Assembly (NCBI GenBank): GCA_965235115.1
Contig: OZ249439.1
Location: forward strand, 17,670,001 to 17,734,000
DNA length: 64,000 bases
Source of the DNA: Laetmonice hystrix
Lineage: Eukaryota
Direction of reading: 5' to 3'
Each line of letters opens with the position of its first letter. Within the stretch, counting starts at the first letter, position 1. The position numbers were made by a program, and so were the translations under genes. The notes under the pieces are model-generated. The model was not told where the DNA came from, did not search any database, and saw nothing but the letters and a program-made list of their open reading frames with translations. This document shows, one piece after another, positions 12,052 through 23,001 of this stretch.

Positions 12052-14588
12052 GTGAGTGACACAGGGGGTCAACCTGCAGGTACACGTATTCTCAGTCACA
12101 ATCGGTGGAATGTATTGACGGTGTTTCTAGATAGATTTCTAACAAACGTTCTCACAACTGTTAGGCCCCCAGTAACCCACAACAAATACAAGCATGTCCA
12201 TCTGTCACTCACTTCCACGTCTTACTGACAGATTAATGACCTTGACGATGTTACTTATGAGACAGCCGGGTTTATCCCCTTGTCATCCGTGTTTCTTTAT
12301 GACATAATTTTTCATTACTCGCTCAGTTATTCCCCTGTTTACAAGCGGAGATGCTCCAGCCCATTTTATGTCCCATTGACTTCTTTGAAGTTGAATGACA
12401 TGCGTCACCTGAATGACAGCAGGGTCTGAATAAGTCGCCTGCTCGGTGAGGGATAACACTGACGATATACGAGGGCATACGACAACAGGTTGTTTGGGTA
12501 ACCAGCTGGGGTTGTTTGATAAGGCTGGCTGCAGCCCGCCCACGCTGGGGGTGGGTCGGGGTGGGGAAATGACCCCCAGAGCGGAGAGGGGGTCACCCCT
12601 TGCTGGTCCCTGCCCACCCCAGCAGGAACTACCGTCACCCAGGGACCAGTCCCTCAGTGAATGCCCACAGGGGGGCTGGTACTCTGAAACGTTCGCAATA
12701 AGATTTCATTGCTTCAGATTCTCGTGTCTCGTATGAGCACACTTCGTCGGCCTCTCGCACTGAACGAAAGGTGGAAGGACCTTTAATATTGCATGAACCA
12801 ACAGTTTATAAGACCAAGGAGTTGGATATGGATTATTTAAGTATAATCTCCGTTAGGTTTCTGGTGGCCATGCGAATAGACTTAAAATACTTTAACTTGA
12901 AGTGATACATTACAGTACAGATAGGGAGTATGGAAACTCAGTGATAGTGAAATGTGTCAGCTGAACAAAAAAAAACCAACCAGGAATCAGGATGTTGTAA
13001 CCATATGTAGATGGACCGTGTTTCTTTGAAGTGAGGTCCTGATAGTTGCATGTGATGACACGATGGTGTTGGTCTGGGTAAGTGTCCTAGAATTTGACTT
13101 TCACTTGGTGCCGTTAACACGGAGAAGGCCGACTGTGTCAGTGTGTACGAGTGTGTGTTGTAAAGCCCTGTTGCCAAGAGCAGCTTGTAAAATGGTCCAA
13201 TCGGACTCTCCTGTAGATGAGGTGTGATTTGAGGGTAGGAAATGGGATTGATCTTAATTAGAATCAGAATGCAGGTGTCTATTGACGTCATCAGAGGGTG
13301 TGATAACTCACCCCAACTAATTGTTCCACTCAGTGTGTCTCTAGACTAACAAGTATCCACTCTCAGATATTAATTGAACGTAAATGTTTTATTATAACTC
13401 TGTCTCGTGAAATAAGACCTGGTTTAAGCGCCTGTGACATTGGCGGGCCCGACGTGGACCGGTAGATCGTTATGTAATCTCTACTAAATTGTTAGAGAAT
13501 CTAGGCCGGCATAATTACCAAACTTGATAGTAGTGTATCTATTCATGGTCGGAACAGGTCGTTGGTGTCTGTCAAGAGGGGTCTATAATTTATGGATTAG
13601 AGTGGGTTTTATATGTACCATCACCCCGGTGGTTATGTAACTATAAAAGATCAAAATCACTTTTTATCAGTCTCTTTGTTGCATGTCATGCTTGACAGAA
13701 AGTCCAGTATTTAAGTGACACGCCTATTAGAAATGACGTAATGTAGATAGCAGAATATTTCATGCCAGTTTGTATTTCACTCTGATATCAAATAGTGAAC
13801 GAATGATGTAGTTTTACATCAGTAAATAAACAAACACTCAGAGGAGGCAAACATTTATTCGGACACGATTCGTCCATACTAGCTTGTGTATAGATTGTGT
13901 GACAGTGGTTCATCTCAAGTTAGATTTTTTTTAAATACCAAAGCTAACATCCCGGACTGTTTATTTGTTTCTCACACAAAATGACTCAAGAAATTTGGAC
14001 GAGGCGTTATTTGTGTGGGGGCAGAGAGGTATGCTGAGATCACTGTGGTTGTTACACAGCCATGAGTAGGAAATAAAATGAGATCAAAAGTTGGGGTGGG
14101 GGTGGGGGCTTCCCAACCCTTGCTCAGCTTTTATTGGTTGGTATTACCGCCGAAACAGAAACGGCTTAACCCGGTGAGTTTCCCCACACAGTTTGATTGG
14201 TCACGTGCAGATTATGGATTCTCGTCAATAAGTGCCATGCTGGGACCATGAAGTGTAGCAATGCTTCCTATGTCTGATTGACCGAGGATGGCGCGCTGGA
14301 AGAGTTAATAGTGTTAAGAGTGTTGCATGATGAGGATATGAAACCAAGTACCGGTATGTATAGTACCGTAATGAGACTACGTCCCCCGACACTTGTATCC
14401 TGCTAGACAGGTTGATTGACGGAACTTCGCCTAGCACAGGGCAGTCAATACAGCCGTACATATTGGCTGCATCGTCGACACTGAGCATATTGTCAGCTTG
14501 GTTGATCTCAGCGTGAGAGGTGTGGAATTAGTCGGGCCCACTGTGACCAGAACTGTTGTGAATGGGGAGGACATGAGCTGTGGTGAAG

Positions 14589-14628
14589 ATGTTCGGACCA
14601 GACTGCCCAGCCCATATTATCACCCAAG
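14589..14628 (+). CDS. Candidate alternative first coding exon (MFGPDCPAHIITQ + G)
   Basis: aagATG after an in-frame TGA at 14574; strong AAG|GTGAGT phase-1 donor compatible with the exon at 40878. Confidence 0.5.
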
Positions 14629-14779
14629 GTGAGTGTCTGGAACGTGTGGCTAGAGGTTCTCAGTTTATCGTCATGCCATGGTCGTCAGCATAATCCATAT
14701 CAAAGCTATCTGTCTGACTGCATAGAGCGAGGGAGCCTGTATCTCTGGCTGACACAGGTCTAGCTCTAGGTCTAGCACA

Positions 14780-15023
14780 GGAAACAGCCATGTGAAGCTC
14801 AGGTCAAAGGTCTAGCTGTTGAAAATGGCACTGGAAACAGCCATGTGAAGCTCTTGTCAAAGGTCTAGCGGTTCAAAATGGCACTGGAAACAGCCATGTG
14901 AAGCTCATGTCAAAGGTCTAGCGGTTGAAAATGGCACTGGAAACAGCCATGTGAAGCTCATGTCAAAGGTCTAGCGGTTGAAAATGGCACTGGAAACAGC
15001 CATGTAAAGTTCAGGTCAAAGGT
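14780..15023. repeat. 53-bp tandem repeat, about 4.6 copies
   Basis: GGAAACAGCC recurs at 14780, 14833, 14886, 14939 and 14992. Confidence 0.95.
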
Positions 15024-16392
15024 TGGATCCTAAAGAGCCGTGTTGCCAAGGGTTTTTAACATATAAACGGACACAGAAATGGGCCTGGAGAAAAGTCACA
15101 TTTCAAGCTTGCAATTGTGCATAGTAACCGCTACAGTCCACGGCATAGACCTCATAAGTTGTAGAGAATTTGACGGTGAATTGCTGATGGGCGCGTTACG
15201 TGTTGCTCCTGTAGACCACGAGAGAGGGGGACCGAACAATGAAAACGTGCCATGCCCGGAAAGGACATTGGCATCCATATCCTCTTGTTTTATAAACTTA
15301 TCTGTGATGTTTCTAATCATGAGGAGAGTGTGACATAGAGAGTTGGTGAGATGGGAGATGATAACGTGAATCAATGATGGATGCTAACCTATTTACTTGG
15401 ATCCTCCATGTGTATGACACGTGCGTGCCTGATGGCTGGCCACTTGATGCCCAATAACATGGAGCGCCAATGTCTGTTTGACTAGCGGTTCCCCTAGGCA
15501 CTGCTTATCAGGCACAGGCTATGCCCAAATATGGCGGGATAAAGAGAGTTTATCAGGGAAGCCATGTGGCTGTGCCGTGAGGGAGATGCTAGCCTGTAAC
15601 CCGTTCTATGGCCACCTCCAGCCAGGTAAACGACCGCTACCTATGTATTCACCGTATATGGCATACTGCTGGGCCAGGCCAACTGACCGGTCAGTCCCTC
15701 TGCCTATTTTATAGCCATCAATAAATAAGTAGATTATTGCATGTCTGGGTAGAGGGGTGCGGTGGGGGCGTTGTGGGGGCAGGGGGAGGCGGCATCAAGA
15801 CAATGAGTCAGAGCTGCAGGAGGGCGAGGTGGTGAAGGAATTAGGCCAGCTGGTTATCCAGAGGACATCCCCCAGCTCCCCCGACTGCCTCCATGCTCCA
15901 TCCAATGGCCTGTCAGCAGGCTCCGGCAGGCTCTCGGCTGCCTCTACCTGTATCTAGCATATTAGACGTGATCCACCAGCGCTGGCTGGCTGGCTGGCTG
16001 CCGTCCACTTCCACCAACCTACCCGGTGACAGCGCCATTGCCGCGCCTTCTACACCTTTCAAATCTACATAAATTATTTGACATACAGCAGGGAGCTGTG
16101 TCGGCTGGTTTGCTGGCTGGCTGGCAGGCTGGCAGGCTCAGAAAGCTGTCCTCTTTTGTGTAAGGCTTGAAATCCTCGTACTCTTATTAGGAGTCAGGTG
16201 CCATCGACGCGCAGCCTCGAGTAGGTTTACCTCGACCATCACAGACAACCATCTCATCCTCCTCGTCCAGCCCGGAGAGACGGAGGGACGGACGGTCGGG
16301 GTGTCCAGGACCAATCGGTCCCGTCCCATGGAGCCAGGTACGACTCCCTGGTCGTCCCGACTGATATCGACACACCCAGGCCGACTCCATAC

Positions 16393-16402
16393 ATGAATCA
16401 AG
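16393..16402 (+). CDS. Weak candidate first coding exon (MNQ + G) ending a GC-rich leader
   Basis: ATGAATCAAG|GTGGGT, phase 1, preceded by a GC-rich region of about 600 bp. Short enough to be chance. Confidence 0.3.
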
Positions 16403-18031
16403 GTGGGTTTAATCGGCGACCTCCAACAACATATTGCGACAGGGAGAGTGGAGGGATCGGGATATAGGCCAACTAACAGTGGCCATATGGTGACAACGGG
16501 AGCAGGGCTAGGGTGGGCAGTGACTGACAGGGTCGGGGGATCATGTCATCATAATCATCATTATCTTAACATCCCCGACTGACATACCCCTGAGGATGGG
16601 TCTGGCCATATCCACCAGTGGTCAGTAATTGATCCCGACTGGGACAGATGGTGAGAGGTCCCGGCAGGTCCAGCCATGCTGTTAGAAAACAGAGCTGACG
16701 CAACATGTGGCATTGCGGGAGTTGCCTAACCTCCCTCCAGCCATCCACAAGAAGAATTGAGCCCAAAGACCTAGCTGTGACTCGGTATTATATAATTGTT
16801 AAGATGAGGGGTTAATCGGACTGAATGTTTCATCACATAGACATGTATATTTTTATTACCTAAATATAGAAACTGTAGGTGCGTCTTAAATAACACATAT
16901 TTATAAACGATTGGTCCATGATTATCAAGCGAGAACGTACCGTGGACAGATTGAAGTCATATATGTAAACTCAGCCAGTACAACGTAAAAGGAGCTGCTC
17001 AGTGTTAATGTATGGGACATTACGTAATCCTGTACAACGCTTACAAGTCTGTCGGTAGAATTGTTGTAAGGGGAAGTTGAGAGTTGAAAAGAGCTGATGT
17101 TGCATGACGTCATGTTGAAAGGCGGCTGTTGCCCTCTGCCACCAGGGAGATCCGTCAGTGGGTGGAGGGAGGGCGGGACGTCTGTCTGGGATCGGAACAC
17201 TGCAGGGTACCACGTGGTGTGAGCAGGGACCGACAAACGGCGGCCTTATCGACCCAATCAACCTGCATACGAGTGATAATCTCCTGGACCATGCCAGACG
17301 TCTGTACCAATGGTAGAACTTCACCAACAACACATCCATTGCTGTCAGCGTCAAGCACAGTTACTGGGGCACATTCTTCCCTTCACATGTGTACTACTTA
17401 CTATTGAACAATCATGTCAGACTCTCATATCGATGACAAAGTTATATTATGATAAATTATTGAGCCCTCATGGCAGGGGGACATCTCCTATCAGGGTGTA
17501 AATCAAGTCTATGTATACAGGTGCACGTGCCCCGAATCCTTCCGTTTCGATTCTCGAACTCCTGAAGATTACACGTCGTTGTAATATCGGCAATGGTTAC
17601 AGCGACGAGTACGGAGACATGTTTTAAGGATCGTGTTTGGCTCCATCAGTGGTCAGAAGGTCTAGCTCCTCGTTGGTTTAGCATGGACAGATAGAAAGGT
17701 CGATGGTCGCTACATGCAGGGCACACCTCAGACGGTCCATGCCGTCAGGCAAGGTGACGATCTCAGCCGTCAACACCAGCTGACCGTATCTAGCGGACCC
17801 TGCCGACATGGGCCGAGGTGACAGTAACCTACCGATCTGGCCGGCTTACTGGCCGGCAGTGATGTATAGCCAGGTAATGAGACCCTGCTCCGGTAACTCG
17901 GTACGGGACCCGCTCAATGAGTGAATGATCGAGCTGCTGACACATGACTTATCTCAAGGGTCATCCCAGGTTCGAGGAGACCACTTGGAGACAGCTGTGA
18001 CCGAGGTTCATCTTGGAGTGGCCTGGTCACT

Positions 18032-19938
18032 CCAACGGTGGTCTCCCGGTCACCTACACTTGAAACAACGGTGGTCTCCCGGTCACCTACACATCAACCA
18101 ACGGTCCCAGTCACCTACACATCAACCAACGGTGGTCTCCCGGTCACCTACACATCAACCAACGGTCCCAGTCATCGACACATCAACCAACGGTAGTCTC
18201 CCGGTCACCTACACATCAACCAACGGTGGTCTCCCGGTCACCTACACATCAACCAACGGTCCCAGTCATCGACACATCAACCAACGGTAGTCTCCCGGTC
18301 ACCTACACATCAACCAACGGTGGTCTCCCGGTCACCTACACATCAGCCAACGGTCCCAGTCACCTACACATCAACCAACGGTGGTCTTCCGGTCACCTAC
18401 ACATCAACCAACGGTGGTCTCCCGGTCACCTACACATCAACCAACGGTGGTCTCCCGGTCACCTACACATCAACCAACGGTGGTCTCCCGGTCACCTACA
18501 CATCAACCAACGGTGGTCTCCCGGTCACCTACACATCAACCAACGGTGGTCTCCCGGTCACCTACACATCAACCAACGGTGGTCTCCCGGTCATCTACAC
18601 TTGAAACAACGGTGGTATCCCAGTCACCTACACATCAACCAACGGTGGTCTCCCGGTCACCTACACATCAACCAACGGTCCCAGTCACCTACACATCAAC
18701 CAACGGTGGTCTCCCGGTCACCTACACGTCAACCAACGGTGGTCTCCCGGTCACCTACACATCAACCAACGGTGGTCTCCCGGTCACCTACACATCAACG
18801 AACGGTGGTCTCCCGGTCACCTACACGTCAACCAACGGTGGTCTCCCGGTCACCTACACATCAACCAACGGTGGTCTCCCGATCACCTACACATCAACCA
18901 ACGGTCCCAGTCGCCTACACATCAACCAACGGTGGTCTCCCGGTCACCTACACATCAACCAACGGTGGTCTCCCGGTCACCTACACATCAACCAACGGTC
19001 CCAGTCGCCTACACATCAACCAACGGTGGTCTCCCGATCACCTACACATCAACCAACGGTCCCAGTCACCTACACATCAACCAACGGTGGTCTCCCGGTC
19101 ACCTACACATCAACCAACGGTCCCAGTCACCTACACATCAACCAACGGTGGTCTCCCGGTCACCTACACATCAACCAACGGTGGTCTCCCGGTCACCTAC
19201 ACATCAACCAACGGTGGTCTCCCGGTCACCTACACATCAACCAACGGTGGTCTCCCGGTCACCTACACATCAACCAACGGTGGTCTCCCGGTCATCTACA
19301 CTTGAAACAACGGTGGTATCCCAGTCACCTACACATCAACCAACGGTGGTCTCCCGGTCACCTACACATCAACCAACGGTGGTCTCCCGGTCACATCAAC
19401 CAACGGTGGTCTCCCGGTCACCTACACATCAACTAACGGTCCCAGTCGCCTACACATCAACCAACGGTGGTCTCCCGGTCACCTACACATCAACCAACGG
19501 TGGTCTCCCGGTCACCTACACATCAACCAACGGTGGTCTCCCGGTCACCTACACATCAACCAACGGTGGTCTCCCGGTCACCTACACATCAACCAACGGT
19601 GGTCTCCCGGTCACCTACACATCAACCAACGGTGGTCTCCCGGTCACCTACACATCAACCAACGGTGGTCTCCCGGTCACCTACACATCAACCAACGGTG
19701 GTCTCCCGGTCACCTACACACCAACCAACGGTGGTCTCCCGGTCACCTACACATCAACCAACGGTGGTCTCCCGGTCACCTACACATCAACCAACGGTGG
19801 TCTCCCGGTCACCTACACATCAACCAACGGTGGTCTCCCGGTCACCTACACATCAACCAACGGTGGTCTCCCGGTCACCTACACATCAACCAACGGTGGT
19901 CTCCCGGTCACCTACACATCAACCAACGGTGGTCTCCC
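18032..19938. repeat. 33-bp minisatellite (about 59 units) with 28-bp variants and higher-order structure
   Basis: Unit CCAACGGTGGTCTCCCGGTCACCTACACATCAA; short variant CCAACGGTCCCAGTCACCTACACATCAA. The final ~470 bp are a homogeneous 33-mer. Confidence 0.98.
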
Positions 19939-19986
19939 ATGAACTCCACCACCATCAGCCCTAAGAGACTTAAAGGTTGCTCGATG

Positions 19987-20342
19987 GACAACATATCTAG
20001 GGTTCCAGTTTAAGTCACCAAGCCACGGTTTATTGTCATCATATTCAGCAGAAGGTTACAACTGAAGGCGGTCAGCCTCCGAATAATTCGTCTCCGTCAT
20101 TTGACAGGTGTTTGTTGTATTTGTCTGAATGTGGGCAGGATTCGATATTAGAACTGTCCTGGAAGACAACATATCTAGGGTTCCAGTTTAAGTCACCAAG
20201 CCACGGTTTATTGTCATCATATTCAGCAGAAGGTTACAACTGAAGGCGGTCAGCCTCCGAATAATTCGTCTCCGTAATTTGACAGGTGTTTGTTGTATTT
20301 GTCTGAATGTGGGCAGGATTCGATATTAGAACTGTCCTGGGA
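19987..20342. repeat. 178-bp direct tandem duplication (2 copies)
   Basis: GACAACATATCTAGGG... starts at 19987 and 20165; the copies are nearly identical. Confidence 0.95.
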
Positions 20343-20544
20343 GACACGGTCGGAAGGTTGGATCATAGATATTAATGTCACCAGGCAGGCCTAAGTCGTT
20401 CCCACCTATTACAAAGGATACCTTCCAGAATAATGCCAACTGTCAGGTATCTAAATCCTCCAACACTTGAATATGGTGAGAAGTTTGAGAAAAGTGGCGA
20501 ATGTTTGACCTTGGCAGCAAGGTGATCTGCAAGGACTCGCAGCC

Positions 20545-20635
20545 ATGGCTCAGACCTTCCTTTCCATGTGTACTTGTTTCAAGGTGCACTTTGCCTCGGT
20601 TACCAGACTTGATCTAGCATTTAATATTCACAAAG
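20545..20635 (+). CDS. Candidate alternative first coding exon (MAQTFLSMCTCFKVHFASVTRLDLAFNIHK + G)
   Basis: gccATGG Kozak, first ATG after an in-frame TGA at 20506, 30 open codons, perfect AAG|GTAAGT phase-1 donor. Confidence 0.65.
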
Positions 20636-22851
20636 GTAAGTGATATGCTGGCTGCAACCAGTCGTTTTCTTTTTTCTCGGCAAACATACAGTATATTTTT
20701 GTCATTCAGACAAGCAGCAAACGACGAGACATGCATCTATATGTCTGGCGGTTAGGCTTTCACTGACAGAGCACCCGTCAACAGGTGGCGTGAATAAGAC
20801 AGCAGTGACTCGTTTCGTATACAGGATGGACTCGGATTTCACTTATTGATGAGATTGTAATCAAGTATAGTTTCGTGCTGTCAGGCTTGATGGCGATGAT
20901 ACACACCGCAAGAATTGGTCAGCCAGGTTTTTACAACGAAAATCTTGGACACGCGTTCCTTTCTCATGTGTCAATTCTAGGAGTTAGTAACATGCAAAAG
21001 AATTGGGACCATAAAAGCATGTATCCAGTTGGTAACACTGTAACTGATCGACTGGTCACTGATGGTAAAATAACTGGTAAAATATGTTTGGCCAATGTGT
21101 CAAACACATTTTACAGGGGCCAGATTAACATCAGAAAGCCATTATCGTGATGGGTTGTCATGTCTTGTAATTTTCACAGATGGCACATATTTTTACACAT
21201 CAGTATTGTGTTGGAAGAGACATAGATGACCTTGACCCTGGGTTCTGCCCCATGGAGATAATGAATTTGACTCTGGACTTGGCATGTGTTTGTTATCCCT
21301 GTAAACACGGGGGGCACATGTTGTAGGGGAGTGGGGTAGATTAGGGTGCAGAAACCCCACTGACCTGTGGAGCATTGAGGCCAACTCAAATACATATGTT
21401 AGCGTTTAAACGTCACATCTCAATGCTGTCTAACCTCGTTTGTTTTGCCTTGATAAGTCTGACCAGCAGAATAACAATGGGTTCCATTTTACTTGAGTTT
21501 CCTAACTGTTTATCAGAACCACTTACTAATGGTAGTACTGTATTCTGCGCAGTGTTGGAAATTTACGCAGTTCAAAATGTCTACTCGCTAGCACTACAAA
21601 AGTAGCAGCGTGCAAACCGAGTTGTAATATCCTTACATCTGTCAAGACGGTGATAAGATTATATTTGAGCAAGGAATCCGCTCCGGGTATAGCAGTAAGA
21701 ACTGCAGGCTGTGGTGGAGCAGGTGAAACGTTTTGTGGCCATCATGGCGGCGTGTTATGGCTGTACGCGTTCAGGTGTTGACTGCAGACCGTCTCCCAAC
21801 ATGTCCGCCGGGCCCAGCGCTGCAGGCTGCACTGTCGTCTTGTTGTGGATCAACATGGCTGCCTTGTCCGGACATGTGCCAGCCGTTAGGTAACCACAGG
21901 TACTATACAACATCTGGCAGCAGAGAACGTTAGGTGTACACGTGTGGTCAGGGAGAAACCCCCCACCATACACCAACTGATTATCACATCTGTCCCATAA
22001 ATTTCATGGACGAGTACCTTCACTAAAGACGCATGACGACCTGCCACGTGACTCTCTTTTTGGCGGATTGATCCTGGGTTTTTTCATCTGCCCCCGTTTA
22101 GTATCCCCCTCCCGCATCACCCGCTGAACGTTTGTAACGTGTCGGCAGAACACGGACGGCTGTTTCCCATCATGTTATCTTCTAGTGCTCGTTTATTGTT
22201 CAGAACGGTGAACGCTGAGAAGTATTATTTATCTGTCACACCACCTATAAAGACAACACAATAGAAGAAATTTGATGACTCACCATTTAGTCTAGGGGAC
22301 TATTCTAATGGAAACAAGGTACATCCCGGTGGTACATAAAGGGTTACTAGACGGTGTAGGCGGTGGAATTGCTGTCAGTTAAATTGACAGATCCTGCAGG
22401 GAACGACTCACGCGGAGTCGGTGGCCTTATCGACCTTGGGAATCATGTTTGTAGTCATTTTGCTGTGGCCTGAAAACAAGTTGGTAAGCACACGTTTTCA
22501 TGCGACTGATGTAAACATAATACTGATATAATTGAGGGTGCGGAACTCCGAAAGGAATATGAAATTTGTGGTCATGATGAAATATTTCAAATAAGAGAAT
22601 AGGGATTGACAGACCAAAAAGAGTTTGGAATAAGAGCAAGAGCCCAAGTACTTGCCCATGGGAATAAAACCCCGGGGAAATAACTTAAGGCCTTACCAAG
22701 ATGTCAGGTTTGGTTAATAGGTCAAAGATTCCCCATGGTTTTCATCAGCTAAATGGTCGGCCCATGGAAATATATTATCTTGAGGTTCCTAGGTCAGAAG
22801 CAGGGGACAAAAGCTCCAATTTCTTGTTATTAAATATTTATTTTCTCATAG

Positions 22852-23001
22852 AAGTGCATGTTTCTGGCGGTGGAAGAATGTATAACGGTCATGAAATATG
22901 CGCCAGGCAGAAAGAAGAGAGATTGAATGCATTACTTTTTCATGAGCAACAGTTTGTGTTTCCTGACAACACAAAGAAATACTGTTATTGGGGACCACCA
23001 C
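22852..23001 (+). CDS. Candidate 150-nt symmetric (phase 1-1) cassette exon
   Basis: Long U-rich tract ending CATAG, open frame (E)VHVSGGGRMYNGHEIC...YCYWGPP(Q), CAC|GTGAGT donor. Length is divisible by 3 and in frame with the SAM exon. Confidence 0.5.

Noticed and set aside
17925-19964. Long Thr/Pro/Ser-rich ORFs resembling mucin repeats
   Set aside because: All three plus frames are open because of the 33-bp unit, and 28-bp variants shift frame repeatedly. No convincing splice sites link them to a gene.
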